Position numbers and translations under genes: made by a program. Shown in pieces: positions 38,063 through 52,062 of a stretch of DNA of 64,000 nt; positions within the stretch are counted from its first letter, which is position 1; each line of letters opens with the position of its first letter. The notes under the pieces are model-generated. The model saw only the letters and a program-made list of their open reading frames with translations, had not been told where the DNA came from and made no database searches. The DNA comes from Callorhinchus milii (taxonomy: Eukaryota), in assembly GCF_018977255.1 (NCBI RefSeq), contig NW_024704742.1, positions 116,190,001 to 116,254,000 of the forward strand. Reading direction: 5' to 3'.

Positions 38063-38164
38063 GGAATTTAGTTTTCGCAAACGGGCGCTGTCAGCTGATG
38101 AGGAAGGCTGTTCGGAGCTAGCAGACTCGCTGCAGCACCTGACTTTGTCGGAGTTTCTTAAAGA
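38063..38164 (+). CDS. ARHGEF28: ARHGEF28 probable cassette exon (EFSFRKRALSADEEGCSELADSLQHLTLSEFLKE)
   Basis: Acceptor ttttctgtag, donor gtatgt. 102 nt, symmetric phase 2-2, open frame, CpG-rich coding-like composition. Confidence 0.8.
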
Positions 38165-41100
38165 GTATGTTTCAGTTGTCTAATGAATATTTGCCTGTAA
38201 AATTATCATCTGTCTAACTTTAATCCTATTAAGTAACATTTTAACATCCATACTGGAAATAATCTCCCATTGAGGCCATTTATATGAAGCTTTGGTATTG
38301 GAACAGATTTGTTGCTGTTACGTTGGTCAATTTGTTTCAGCAGTTTAATGACAGAAGAGAAACTGCACTGTTTTCAAACTCATTGGCATGATCAGGATGA
38401 TTTGATGAGAGACACAGGCTCATTATTTACCACAAAGAAGTGGAATCTTTCCCCTATTTATCATCATTCACCTGGGCCTGAGATTCTGGTGATTCATTGA
38501 AAAAAAAGTATTGATCCTAGCCCAGACAATGGACTAAGACTTTTGCAAAAGTTCAAATTGCCCATTTAAAAAAGATCACAAATGTTGAGATAAAATATCT
38601 GATTATATTGCTATTGTCCTGAAAGTAAATGGTGAATTAATGGACGAATCAAACACTGAATTGGTTGACAAAGCATCTACTGTACTTAAACTCGCTGAAA
38701 TAATTTTATTTTTCTGTTTTGCTGAGTGAATTCACAGTAGCTGATTAAAAAAATCTGACATTATTGACTTCATGTAAATGGCTTTATTGTAGGCCTGACT
38801 GCACCGCAACCAAAGCATTAATACAAATCGAGTATCAGAGTATAGTTTTAGAACTGCTATTGGTACTGCAGTAACTAAATGTTTGTAGAGCAAAAACGGT
38901 ATCCAACATTTGCAGAAAATGGCTGAATGAGCAACCAAATATTAAAAATAGTTCCACCATTTTTTTTGCTAATGTACAATGGAATTATTCAGTCTTATTA
39001 AATTCTGAGGGCAGAAGGAGACTATTCTGCCTTATTGTGCCTGTGCTGACTCTGAAAAGAACAAACTGTTTCAATAAATAATCCTGTTTATCATTGGAAT
39101 AAGTTTAACCAGCAAGATACATGAACCACTGTTGCTGGCAGGTATCTTACAACTTTTGTCCTGGGACTTGTCTGTGCCAGAGAGATGCCCTTTGCCAGAG
39201 TGGTGCCAAAGCTGGGCCATTTCTCTGTCGTTTTCCAATATGCTTTCATAAGCTCCTTGTAAGCTGTTAGATACCTACTATTCTCAGTGGTTCAGCTAAC
39301 TTGTTGGTTGGGAATTCTATTGGGATAGAAATGGAAGGGTTATTTATTGAAATAATTGCCCAAGCTTTGGATACAGATTTACAAATTCTTTAAGTATCAA
39401 ATATTGAATAATGGTAAACAGCTCCACCCCTTCAACCAATGAGAGAGGAGCAGGTGACTTGTAAATTGTTCAACTTGGTTAGCTTGGGATTACACCAGAG
39501 CAATAATATAGACCTGTGTAGCTGGGAATCATGGGGGAGGGGATGGAGAAGTGCAGAATTGGACATTACCCAATTATGGTTGGTAGTTCCAAGTGGTCAC
39601 CAGCTGACTCAAGAAGAAATGACCTGTGTTGGTCAGAAACTAGCCAGGCATTAACTCTAGTCACGCTTTACTACCCAGGACAAGGCTAGAGGAAGCACCA
39701 AGAGCAGTTCCACTGTGGCTGCAGTCTCCATGTTTTTCCAGTGCGTCTCCTAATATTTGTCTCAGATCTCTTAACTAGATCTCCCATGCTGGAGAATGAC
39801 TGCTAAGTGGTCTAAGTCAGAGGTTGGCTCTTGGTGGTCTGGGTTTTTTCAATTTCAGGGCCAGGCATCCTTGCTGTGCAGGAATAGAGGAGTCTGATAT
39901 GATAGAGAGTGGGGTCAGCTATGTGGTATTTGATTTATCACACGGATAATATAGTTCCATATGAGTGATGTGAATATTAACCCCTCTGGCATCACTCCTA
40001 CTTTTGGAATGAGTTGGCATGAAGGTGCCAGACCCAGCTCAAATCTAGTGCAGTCTGGCTACCATTTTGAGGTTTAGAGAGTTTCCTGGCATATCTTTAT
40101 TCTCCTTGCAGGAGTTCCCCCAACAGGCTGTGTGTAACCATTGTGTAGTGAGGAGCTACCAGGAAATCAGATGGCCTGCACACGTGCAGTTGTTCATATC
40201 ATTACCCAGAGAACTTGGTAGTTTTGATAGTTCAGCTCTTTAGTCCTGAGGCACTCCTGTGCCAGAGTAATGCCCAGGCTGGACCAGCTAGCTCCTGTGT
40301 GCAGTCTTAGGAACTGATCAAGACAATAGCAGATGGTGGTGGTGGTCGGAACAGGATCTGAACCTATTTGTGTTAAGGAATAGCAAGCGCTTTGCTGTCC
40401 ACCAGCCTGATGTGAGCTCACGGTCTATGTAGCTTGCAACAAAGCAGTTTGTTCAATAATATTATAAGCAGTAGGAGGCTGTTTGAGTTCAACACTGGTT
40501 CACACTACCATTGCACTAAGCTTTGTATTCACCAGGCTGTGTTCCAACATTTTATGGCAACTCCATTAAGCAGAGGGACTGGCTGGATCAGGGAAAGCAT
40601 GTTAACCTTTCACAGGGATTTGTAGCAACTGAATTATGCTTAAATCAACACAATGCAATACTTGTTAAATGTAAGACCATATGTCCTTGCAGGTCCTCAC
40701 TAATTCTCAATCAAGAGCATTGGTCAACAAATGCTCGTGATTATTTAATTCCAGCCACTTATAAAATTAGTTTAAAAAGCAAGGGGATAGAATCTAAGAA
40801 TTAGAAGTGAAAAAGGAATTCAAGGAGAATTGTTTCACAAAATGGTAATGGGTACCTGGTGTAGATTTACCAGGAATGGCTATTGAATCAAATAATAATA
40901 AAAAGATAATTGGATGCATTTCTGGAGAAAGGAGGGATTGAGGTATATGATGAGTAGGCAGGAAAGTGAGGATGAGATCAACTACAGGTTTTTTAGGCTT
41001 AATGGACTTTTTTTTTCCAGTTCCTAAAATGCCCTGTTTCTTATGTAAAGTAAAAAGCACAAGACCTGTTTTGTAACCATGTGACAAAGAACGGACTGTA

Positions 41101-41581
41101 TTTGTGATTGCTGTCTTGCACCCAAAGTTATCTAAAGTGTATATTTCCATTAACCATAGTGGCTGTCCTTTGCACACTGTGTTTGCTCGATACTAATTGT
41201 GACTCTTCCCCAATTGACATTCTTAACTCAAACATGCCTTAGGTTTTGTTAACTGGTAAGCCGCTCCAGCAAATGCAAGGTTGTACAGGTATCTAATAGC
41301 TGAGTCAGTTGTACCAGTCGTGATATTTTTCCAGTGTTTTAAGATTAAAAGAGCTGAGTCAGGAAAGACACTGGGCTCACTGAGCTGAGTGTTTCATGGA
41401 GGCTGTGTCCCATAATCACTCACATGCAGTTGATTGACTTCTGAAAAGCTTTTAGAGAGATGATGTGTTTATACTGCAGGGAATCAAGCTTGGTAGAACG
41501 ATGTGGAGTAGGAAGTTTAATTTATACATCACCACAGACAGGAGCTGGAGCCATGATAAAAGAAAACATCCAATTTTCCCA

Positions 41582-42515
41582 TGACAATAACAGGAACAAC
41601 AACAACACGATTACATTTGTATAGTGCCTTTCACATCGGGAGGACGTCCCAAGGCGCTGGACAGAGTACAACATTTCAGACCCGAGCTGGAGTTGGGGGG
41701 GAAGGGAGGGGAGGGGAAGGGGGGTGGCCGATGGCATGGTCAAAGAGGAGGGTCTTGAGGCGGAACTTGAAGGAGGCTAAGGAGGGGGTGAGGCGGAGTG
41801 ACTGGGGGATGGAATTCCAGAGTTTGGGGGCAGAGTGGCTGAAGGCTCTCGCGCCAATGGTGGGGCGGGTGGGTCGGGGGACGTGGAGCAGGCCAGAGAC
41901 GGCTGAGCGGAGGGAATGGGCTGGTTGGTAGGGGGTTAGGAGGTCGCAGAGGTAGGGTGGGGCGAGACCATGGAGGGCTTTGTAGGTGAGGACCAGGATC
42001 TTGAACTGGATCCTCTGAAGGATAGGGAGCCAATGGAGTCGGGCGAGAGTGGGGGAGATGGGGTCACGGAGTTTGGTGCGGGAGAGGACATGGGCTGCAG
42101 AGTTCTGGATTATCTGCAGCCTATGGAGGGAGGACTTGGGAAGGCCGACAAGCAGGACATTTGCATAGTCGAGCCTGGAGGTGATGAAGGCATGAACAAG
42201 AGTTTCAGTGGCCTAAGGGGTGAGGTAGTGGCGGATTCGGGCGATGTTACGGAGGTGAGGGAAGGCAGAGCGGGTCATGGCTTGAATGTGGGGGAGAAAA
42301 GACAGTTGAGGGTCGAACAAGACACCTAGGTTCCTGACTGGCGGTGAGTTGGAGTGTGCAACCATGGAGGTTGATGCTGCCAGAGCCTGAGGTGCTGAGG
42401 CGCTGGCGCGAGCCAATCGGGAGGGCCTCAATCTTGTTCACATTCAACTGTAGGAAATTTGCCCTCATCCAGGACTTGATGTCCGACAGGCAGTCTGTCA
42501 GGACAACAGTGAGCA
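41582..42515 (-). mobile_element. L2 LINE 3' fragment
   Basis: Encodes MRANFLQLNVNKIEAL and VRNLGVLFDPQLSF; (CAA)n tail. Confidence 0.92.
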
Positions 42516-45212
42516 GAGCATTAAAATGTTGTTGATGTTATTGAAGAGTCAGCATAATCCAGCTCTTCAGTAATACTAAAAAACAATCAGCTAAAAGCTC
42601 CTCGGTGACTCAGTGGACATGTGAGAGCTTCAAATAGTGCCCAGAGGAATAGCCCAGTGTGAATACACTGCATGTGTACTGTGTGGGTGAGAATCACAGT
42701 GCTTCTGAAAGCACCACCTCCAAGTGGCGTGAGAAGCAGATCTCTAGCACAATTCGCGCTACTTCAGCACTGATTTATACTGCACGTTTAGTGGGGAAAA
42801 CGTGCAGTACATGCACAGCAAGTAGCAGCACTGCTGAGACCATCAGTTCCTTCCTGGGCTGGGGATTTTGAGCTTTGGTTAGTTTGCTCAATAAACAAAG
42901 AACTTGAAATATTATTTCACGTGGTGCATGCTTTTCCTTCCCTTGCACAGTTCAGTTGCTGTCGCCCTTGAATCCAGTTGCTTTAGTCTAAACAAACTCT
43001 CTGGGAGATTTGGTTCATTATATGCGAGTTTCCACAGCCAGCTTATTAAAAGATCAGCATACATATATGCACAACGAATAAAAATATATCAAAATCAAAA
43101 TTATCAAATGTACCGTCAGGCCTATAGGGACGTTTGTTGCCCATTCTTATACTAATGCTACTTCAGTTCTTGAAAGGTATATTAGCCTTTGAAGAATAAG
43201 TGTGTGGTAGCAATTTGTCATGTACCGTCAACCTGTTAGTGGCTTTACTTGCTAACCCTTCCCTTTCTAAACCAATGCCTCACTTCCAATAGCTGCTGCC
43301 ATTCTGTGTCATTTCTGTGCCATTCTGTGCACTACTTCGCTAGATGTAAGATGTGTTGCCAAGACTTCACTAGCATTAGTCCTAGAAATATTTCATAACT
43401 GTGTCAAACAGGCCTTGGGCCTGAAACTCCTCTGTTTTTGTTAAAAATGCACACAGCCCATTTAACAGACGTTCGGAAGGTACAGTAACAAAATTTGGAG
43501 TACCAAATATCCCTCAATGCCACTTGTAGGAATTCCAGTTTTGTTAGCCTTAATGTAATCTTTGCAATCAATTTATTTCCTCTGTAGTAGTTCACATGTT
43601 TAGCAATACAATTTAGGTTTATCTATGTAAGAAAAAAACTTCTAATGTGAAGTGCAAGACTTTTGGAGTAATGATGAAAGGCATAAAAAATGATTTTGAA
43701 GTGTAATATAAAAATGATAGTTGAGTAAACAAAACAAAAGGCACCTTGACTTCTAGTAGAGTTCAGTATAATCAAACCTTTTATTTCCAGAAAACATTTG
43801 TGAAAGAGGTTTATAATCTGTTACTGATTTTGAAAGTTTGGATGAATATTTAGGCAGCGTTCAACATATTTAACTTTGTGTTTGGGTATTTTCCTACAAA
43901 CATTTTCTAGTTTTCTAACAGGAACGCGAGGGATTATGACTTCAAACGATAACATTTGAATTGAATGCTAGTACCGATTATCACAAGATTAGTTTTGATG
44001 AAGAAGATCGCTTTGGCCCATCTGAACTCATTCCTACAGAATTCCCACCCAACCGTCCTCCCTTCAGAGCATCATGCTGTTGGTGTTTATGAGTCCAATG
44101 CCCTGGCCTCAACCACCCTTCCTGGCAACCTTTACAGTTATTAATTGTCTGTTAGGTGAAGAAAACTCCTGGTATCTGTCCTGAAATTGCCCTTTGCAAC
44201 TCTAAACATTTGCACTGTTCTTCTACTCTTGAAGATATGTGCATGACTATGATATACACTGTTATATTCTTCAAGGCACGTCTCAAAAGCCTCCTCTTTG
44301 ACCGAGCCTTCGGCCACCCTCCTACCCTCCCTGCCCTCCATCCTCCCTGATTCCGACCCCCAGCTCAGGTTCAAATCCCTGGCTGTCCAGCACCTTGGGA
44401 CGTCCTCCCGACATGAAAAGTGCTGTGCAAATGTAATTTTGTATTGTACATCTAAGGTAAGCACTGATGTAAGTGGTGGATAGGTATGTTTTAGCACTGG
44501 AAATGTTTTACCCAATAGCAACAAACAAGTCTAATTCTATACTTGCTGATAGTAACAGCCTGATTGCTGACCTTAAAAATAATTTCCAAACTCCATTGGG
44601 TAGACCTTTAAGTCAAATTAAATTGTATGAACAAATACGTGAACTGTACTCCTTGACCTTGGTATGTTTTCAAACTGCACCAGAGTGCAATGCAGTAAGG
44701 AATAAATCAGCGATACAACCTCCTAAACCAAATTATGGGTTGAAACTCCATGGTTGTATCTCTTTATGAGGCTGAAACATGCATGTCAAATTACAGAATA
44801 TTGCAATTTTTAAAATTCTAAGTGGTTTCAATTGAGTAAAGAGAGAAACTATTGCCCAAAATTTACCTAGTCTTACACTGTAAAACCATTTAACCTTAAA
44901 ATGTAAGATTGTATAGAATTGTCTTAATTTGGAAGCAGGTTCTTCTTAAGAACTGCAGAAAACACAAGTTCTGAATTTAAGAATTGTCCTCCGTTCTGCC
45001 TGATATTAAATTTTATGATGAAATGCGGGTTAAGACTAGATAGAAATTTGCGCTTTATATTTCTACTGCCTGGTGAGTTAGTAACTAAAGGACATAAATT
45101 AAGGATCACTACGAGAAGGAAAAAAGGAAGGTTTGAGGAAATGCAGTATTTTTAGAATGTGGAATACTTTACCAAAAATGGCTGTTGAAGCTGACACCAT
45201 AAAAATAAAATA

Positions 45213-45520
45213 AATAATAATAATCCTTGCATTTGATATAGCGCTTTTAATGTCTTCGAGACTTCTCAAAGGGCTTCACAGAATGTACTGTAAAATTAAT
45301 TCACTGTATATTTAGTGGGCGAATCGCAGCAGCCAATTGTGCACAGCAGTGTCCCACAAATAGTCATGGATTGAAGTGACCAATTTTATTATTTTTTTTG
45401 AAGGATTATTGTCAGGCTTGTGGAGTAAGGAAACTTGGCCAAAGTTTCACCCCACCGGGAACTGAATTCAGGTCTCTCGCTTGTGAAGAGAGTGCTCTAA
45501 CCACTGAGCTGCAGGACTAC
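45213..45520 (-). mobile_element. Full-length tRNA-derived SINE inserted in a CR1 3' fragment
   Basis: Reverse complement of the family consensus; CR1-like sequence continues on both sides. Confidence 0.88.
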
Positions 45521-46746
45521 CCAAACAGTATTTAAGAGATTTGGATAAATACTTGAAGAAAAGTAATATTAAATGGGCATGACAATCAGAGAATTGGCAT
45601 CATAGCAGATTAGAGCGAATAACACCAGCATATATGATGGGCTGAACACTTTTGTACATAACATTTACAGTATAAGATTCATTTGCAGGGTTTGAGATGT
45701 AACATTATCGTATATGGTGCTGCTGACAGTGGCACACTGAAATCCTGTAGTGGCATTAAAGGGTTGCTTTTATATTTGTATACATTTCTTGTACAGTTAG
45801 CTCTTACTGGAATATCACTGGAAGGTGATCCAATAATGTAATTAGCTAATCTCTATTTAAAATGCATAATAGACATGTTCTCTACTTTTCATTTACATAT
45901 TTAAAGTTATTAGTGCAGATTTAGTTTTGTTGGATCTGTGCAGTGGAAAGCTTATCATATCATAACCCGACTTCTCACAAAGTGGGAGATTTGTGCAGTA
46001 ATTTTGAAATTGCTGGAATGTTTTCCTGTAAGAATATAGAGGAAATAAGTGGTGCATGAACATTTCTGGAATTCCAAATGCCTACTAATACTGTTAAATG
46101 CATGTTCTCAGCCATTAATATCTGTACAATTCCCTTTTGTCCCACTAATGTAACTTGTACATCATTTCTGCAATTTAACTGACCCCAGCGCTTTACTGGA
46201 TCTAAAATTCAGTTTTCGATGTGCCTTCTGAATGATGGAATTTTTGAATTAATTCCTCCTTAATGGCCCTTAAGACCTTAACATGCTTATTTGTTAGTAT
46301 GAATGCTCAATTTTCTGCCCCTGTTTACGCATGTCTACATTTTCATTAACCTCAGGGAACAGAGGAATTTCAGGCCCTTGAAGGATTCACTTATGTAATT
46401 GCACATGCAGTAGATCTGGTTTTTTAGACTGTTTGCGGTTGAGAGGTAGAGCCTCAAACATCACAGAAATTAAATAAAGAGATGATTTGCAATAAGTAAT
46501 TATTTTGTACGTGATCAGTGATTCTAACAAGATATAACATGTAGCAATCTTTAAGTCACTTCGGAACCTAACGGAGTTTGAGGTGCCATCAATTGTGTGG
46601 TTCAAAATAAGACCCATTTGAATTGTATACAAAACATAAATAGACTTGAACATCGGTCAGTTTTAGGGGGAAAAGGAAATCTGAGAGTAAGGGTCTGAAC
46701 TCTTGATCCCTCATCAGGACTTGGCCTAAATGTATTCTTTCTGCAG

Positions 46747-46870
46747 AATTGAAGAGGAGGAATGGGACAAGTATATTATTCCATCAAAATCGGAGACTGA
46801 AAAATGTAAAGTGAGTCGGACCTTCAGCTTCCTCAAGAGCAGAATGACCAGCACTCGAAATAAGGGCAAG
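46747..46870 (+). CDS. ARHGEF28: ARHGEF28 exon (IEEEEWDKYIIPSKSETEKCKVSRTFSFLKSRMTSTRNKGK)
   Basis: Acceptor ctgcag, donor gtgatc, phase 2 to 0. EEEWDKYIIP and KVSRTFSFL are characteristic of ARHGEF28. Confidence 0.95.
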
Positions 46871-49831
46871 GTGATCAATCCAGCATTTTATTATTTGTTC
46901 TTCTTTGTGAAGCATTTTCCAGTATTGTATTGTTCGTTATATATTACATGCTTGTTTTCCGGAAAATGTGTCCTAAAACTCTATGGCCAGAACAAGAGAC
47001 ACTCAGGCTCCAAGCCCAGTTCCTGGTAAAAATTCAACCATAAAATTCCACATAAACCCCTGGCTATTGCTATTACATTTAACAGCTCCTGTTCCCATTT
47101 AGATTTTGGCCCCTCAGCTCCCATGCATGATACCCCTTTTTACTCAATAATGTTTCCCTATGCAGTTTGGGATGCATGTTACCCATAGAACAATACAGTA
47201 CTCAACACTTAGTGCAAGGGTTAGAAACGTGGGAGCAGCACTCGTTTTCATGCCTAGTTGGTCATTAGGGTAATACATTTTAGATCCTTGTAGATAATGT
47301 CACAACTTTTACCTTAAATTTTATGTAGGTCTATGGCCTCCTGCTTATCACTGATGCTAAGACGAAAGGGTGAAGATGGTACCATGAAATATGTGTTCAT
47401 GTCCATGCTCCTTGCAAGTTAGAGTCCTAGTGGATGGGGATTTATTTTGTTGAACTCTTTACTCTTAACACTAACTTTCATCTCGTCTTTTATAGATATG
47501 TCAATTCTTCAAGTTGCTTGTTTAAGGCTCTTCAGATTTTGGCTCAGTCCTACTACGTTTGTGACTGGTTCATTGCTTTGAAATGTCTACAAACAGTTAA
47601 GCAAGTCTCCCTGCTGAGTTTGTGATCCATTTTCGCTTCCAGTTTACACATTCGTTTATAATAATAAATAATAATAAAAATCCTTGCATTTGATATGGCA
47701 CTTTATCATGTCATCAAGATGTTACAAAGCACTTCACAGGATGTATTGTAAAGTTTAGTGACAGCGTATTTTTTCTGCTTTGTGTGCATCCTTTTCACCT
47801 TTGCCAGTTTATTTAGGGATTCCAACCATCTCTTAATGTTACTGGGAAAGCAAAGTCTTGAGTGGTTTTGACTAAACTTGTAAACAGTATTACAGATTTG
47901 CCCAGTCTGTTGTATTTAGGTATTGGCCCACCTATTATTATTATTGGCTGCCAGCAGATCAACTTTAGAATCTCCCTTTAAAACCCATCACAATCTTACC
48001 CCTCCCCCGCACTACTTCTGCCATCTCCTGTGGTCCTATTCTTTTGCCCGTTATAGTCCATTCTTCCAAATCTGGTCCACCTTTTGTTCCTCAGTCCTTT
48101 CGTCCTTTCGCACTTCCATCGGTAGCTGAGCCTTCAGCCACAATGCTTCTGATCTCTGGAGTTCCTATTGTCCTTGCCTTAAACCCCTCTTAAAAATATA
48201 TCTCTTTAATTGTGCCATTGATCAATGCACTCTCCTTGCTTGGTGATTCATATTGCCATGTGTGAGGCTTTATGTAACTGCAAGTTGTTATTCTACAAAC
48301 CAGGCGTATGTGTTTATCTTAGCTTTCCATTTGCTAAGAGCAGGAGGAGGAAATGAGCAGAGGGAGATGATTTGCTTTCTCAAGGGAGATAAATGCTTGA
48401 TTTACCATTATTTCAGCTCAGTTCCCAACTCTTGGCTCCTAGCCCAGTGGTATGCTTTTGAAACCCATCAGATGCCAGAATTAAACTCCAGACTTGCAGT
48501 GAGATTAATTCACAGCCTTCTGGTTACTGATTAGATTTCTAATGTGAGAAACTCATTACTTTGCTGAAAGCTCAGAAAGAGAAAAATGTGAAATATTTCT
48601 GTTTGAGCAGTGGAATGGGATGTGTGGTATGTGAATATCGTCAGGTAGGCAAAGCGTGAAACTACTTCCTATCTCTCCCATGTGAGCAAGGCTTGAATGA
48701 ACATTGTTGGATCTATGCTGTAGCTTATTAGTTCCGTGCATGCCAGATACATGGCCATAGTTGTCTGGGCATCTGGAATGAAACATACACTTGGTGACGG
48801 GGTATCTCAGAAGCAGTTAATGGGGAGCATAAGAATGGGTGAAATGTTGCAGAATTGACATTGTTCTAGACTGGGTTCAATTGTCCATTTTATTGAGAAT
48901 GATCACAGATACATCCACTAAAGAACATTATAGACCACATGCTGAGCTTGATTTCTGTGATCCTTCAACCAGTGCATTTTCAGAGCTTGAGAAACTTTGA
49001 AAATTTCCCGATACATTGTAAAAATAGTGAAACTAACCAAACCAAAATTGTTTGTGTGATATCTTTGGGAATTTTGCTTGTAACACTTCTATTCAACAGA
49101 ATTCTTTTCCCTCCGATCTTGAAACCAGTGCTATCAGTTTTTCTGAATGTGTGCCTGAGGCGTTAATAATTACCTTGGTCTGCTTACTAAATTTTACAGT
49201 CACGTTAGTCGCTGACTCAACTCTCTGTGAACAGGTAATCCTGCCAAGAGTTTAGAATAAATATGAAACTCTGAATGGATTTATATAATACATAAAAAAG
49301 TGCTATAACATAATACATCAAATTGTATTTGCTTCTCCAATGGCCCAAGTTATGAAGGTTACAACTTTACAGGCTGGAAAGCTGGACAGTAAAATGTGCT
49401 GTCAGGTAAAAGGTCCAGTACGGGAAACAATTGGAGTCTATGATTGAGGTCAGCTCCCATGGATAATGGAGGAGGAAACTCATAATGGTTCCTGCTCCCA
49501 TTTGCTATCCCGAAAACTCTGCTGGAATGTGTCTGTGTGTGATCTTTGAGTGAGGACAGGATTGAGCTTTAGCTAATGTCTCACCTGTTATTAAAGAGCC
49601 TCCCAACACTCAGCAACAATAACAACTTGCATTTATGCTGCATCCTTTCCACGGGACAATCTTGGACCACTCATGGTTCAAAACTTGCACGTGAATAGTA
49701 GCCATGGAACAACAACAACAAGATTCCATTTATAGAACGCCTTTCACGTCGGGAGGACGTCCCAAGGCGCTGTAAACGCCTAGTGAGGAACCTTACCTCA
49801 CTAAGAGGGGGAAACAAAACTGAATCCCTTC

Positions 49832-49939
49832 AGGAACAAAGTGGAGAAAAATAGATGGATTAAAGGGAATTTACCTGTTCAAACCTGTTGAAACAGGTAA
49901 ATTCCCTTTAATCCACCTATTTTCCTCCACTTTGTTCCT
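49832..49939. repeat. Inverted repeat, 48-bp arms, 12-nt spacer
   Basis: 49832-49879 versus reverse complement of 49892-49939, two mismatches. Confidence 0.95.
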
Positions 49940-50583
49940 TTTAAAACACTGACAGACTTATTTAAGAGCTCTTTTACACACGCATCAAAATGTTCCATTA
50001 TTCTACTTCTCCTTATTGAAGGCTTTCACTCTGAGTTTGCATCTCTGGTAGATGAGGACTCAGCTCCTGAACTCACTGATGCTTACCACCAAGCTCAACT
50101 TGTACCATGACTGGTTCATAAGTGACTTGTTTGCTGATAAACAGTGATTTTTTTGTGTGTGCTAAAATGAGATAACAAACAGGATGAAGAATTTCTCTTG
50201 GGCGTCAAACCCTAATTACAGAGATTTTCAAAGAAATGTTTGAACATTTTCTTATAGCAAAATGTGTTCCTTTGCATAAGCAGAGCATAGATAACACTCC
50301 ACTTAACTCAGATTACAGTTAAGAAATAATGAAAGGGTTTACATCTTCAACAATACAATAATTTTTTTAAAAAAATAATCCTCGCATTTGATATGGCGCC
50401 TTTCATGTCAGGATGACGTCTTAGGGATTCACTATAAAATGTAGTGACTGTATTCTATGGGTGAACAATTCCTTTGATCTGTAAAACAATCACTTGCATG
50501 AGGTAATTTGCCAAAAACATCTGCTGGGTCATGAGGTGTATTCTATAAAATCTGAATTTTGGTTCTGACTCTTATTTTAACAG

Positions 50584-50725
50584 GGCAAAAATAAGGACAA
50601 AGATACCAAAGAGAAAGAGAAATGGAGCAACGGACATCACTTTATTACAGGGACTCTTTCAGGAGCGATGCAGTGTCCATTTTGTGACAAGGTTGTTGCA
50701 GGAAAAGATATGCTCCAATGCTTCA
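50584..50725 (+). CDS. ARHGEF28: ARHGEF28 exon, C1 zinc finger first part (...NGHHFITGTLSGAMQCPFCDKVVAGKDMLQCF)
   Basis: Acceptor taacag, donor gtgagt, phase 0 to 1. His/Cys spacing of a C1 domain. Confidence 0.93.
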
Positions 50726-50873
50726 GTGAGTTCCAAGCATTTGACTTAAGGTCGTTCCAGTCCGTTGCTGGAAAAAGTTCCAACAGTTCACTATGCCATG
50801 ATGTAAACCTGCAAGATACAGAATGTTGTTTACACAAATTTTTTAGGAAACAATTACCTTTGTTCTCTTTCAG

Positions 50874-50929
50874 ATTGTACTTTGAATGTCCATAAAAACT
50901 GCAAAGATTCTCTTCCCATGTGTACCAAG
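50874..50929 (+). CDS. ARHGEF28: ARHGEF28 exon, C1 zinc finger second part (NCTLNVHKNCKDSLPMCTK)
   Basis: Acceptor tttcag, donor gtaaaa, phase 1 to 0. Completes the C1 Cys/His pattern. Confidence 0.93.
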
Positions 50930-51716
50930 GTAAAACACTGTGTGTGTGTCTGTGTGTGTGTGTATATACAATCGAACTTCATTGTGGTTGGGGTCCATAA
51001 AATCCCAACCAGAGCTATAATGGAGGACAATCTCTGGTCAGCGCTTCTGCGTTCACTGTCAGACAATGTCCTGCTCTAAAATGTGGCTGACATCCAGGTC
51101 ATCAATTCCACCTGTGGCGGTGGTGACATCATGACCAGGGAAACTGCAAACTCGTTTGAATGTAGACTGATGTCTATTGGAAAGTTGCCTTTGTTGTTTG
51201 CACGGTATTGTTTGGGGCCATTTAAACCCGACAGGTAGCAGGAACTGTTAAAGGATGCGATTGTCTGGAGGAGGCCTGATTTACATGGAAACTTATTGTC
51301 TGTATGCATGTGTATTGTGAGTGTGAGAGGCCAATCACCAATCACAAGGGAATAAAAGTCTAGGTGTTTGAGTAGGCAGGAGAGTTGCCTTGGAGTGACT
51401 TGTAACAAACAAGAGGGTCAGCTTGCTCCTCTGCTCAAACCGTAAGTGCCAGCATTTTATGTATTACGACTCCGACTTAATTTAAGGCTTTGGGGTGTCA
51501 TCAAAATATATGCTTGTGTCCATTAAATATTTTAAAGTTATTTTGAGAAGTGCGTATTTTAAATTTGTTAATATAAACGGGATACTGGTTTTGTCCTCCC
51601 GACTCGAGAAGCCCCGACTCTAATCACTGAAGCATTAGGTATAAAATACCAAGCTCCATGACACACCAACCTCAATTCTCATGTGCGGTGCTGAATTTGC
51701 TTTTAGCCACTATCAG

Positions 51717-52062
51717 CAACAACAACAACAAGATTACATTTATATAGCACCTTTCACGTCGGGAGGACAGTTTACAGCAAGGCGCTGAACAGTTTACAGA
51801 TTTCAGACCCGAGCTGGGGTCAGGGAGTGAGAAGGAAGGGGAGGGGGGTGACCGAAGGCATGGTTGAAGAGGAGGGTTTTGAGGCGGGACTTGAAGAGGC
51901 TAAGGAGGGGGCGAGGCGGAGTGATTGGGGGATGGAATTGCAGAGTTTGGGGGTAGAGTAGCTGAAGGCTCTCCTGCCAATGGTGGGGCGGGTGGGTTGG
52001 GGGACGTGGAGCAGCCGGAGCCAGCTGAGAGGAGGGAGTGGGTGCGTTGGAAGGAGGTTAGG
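51717..52062 (-). mobile_element. L2 LINE 3' fragment nested in an older + strand L2 piece
   Basis: (CAA)n tail. The flanks gcttttagccactatc and aaactctggaacactc read as one interrupted L2 segment. Confidence 0.8.
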
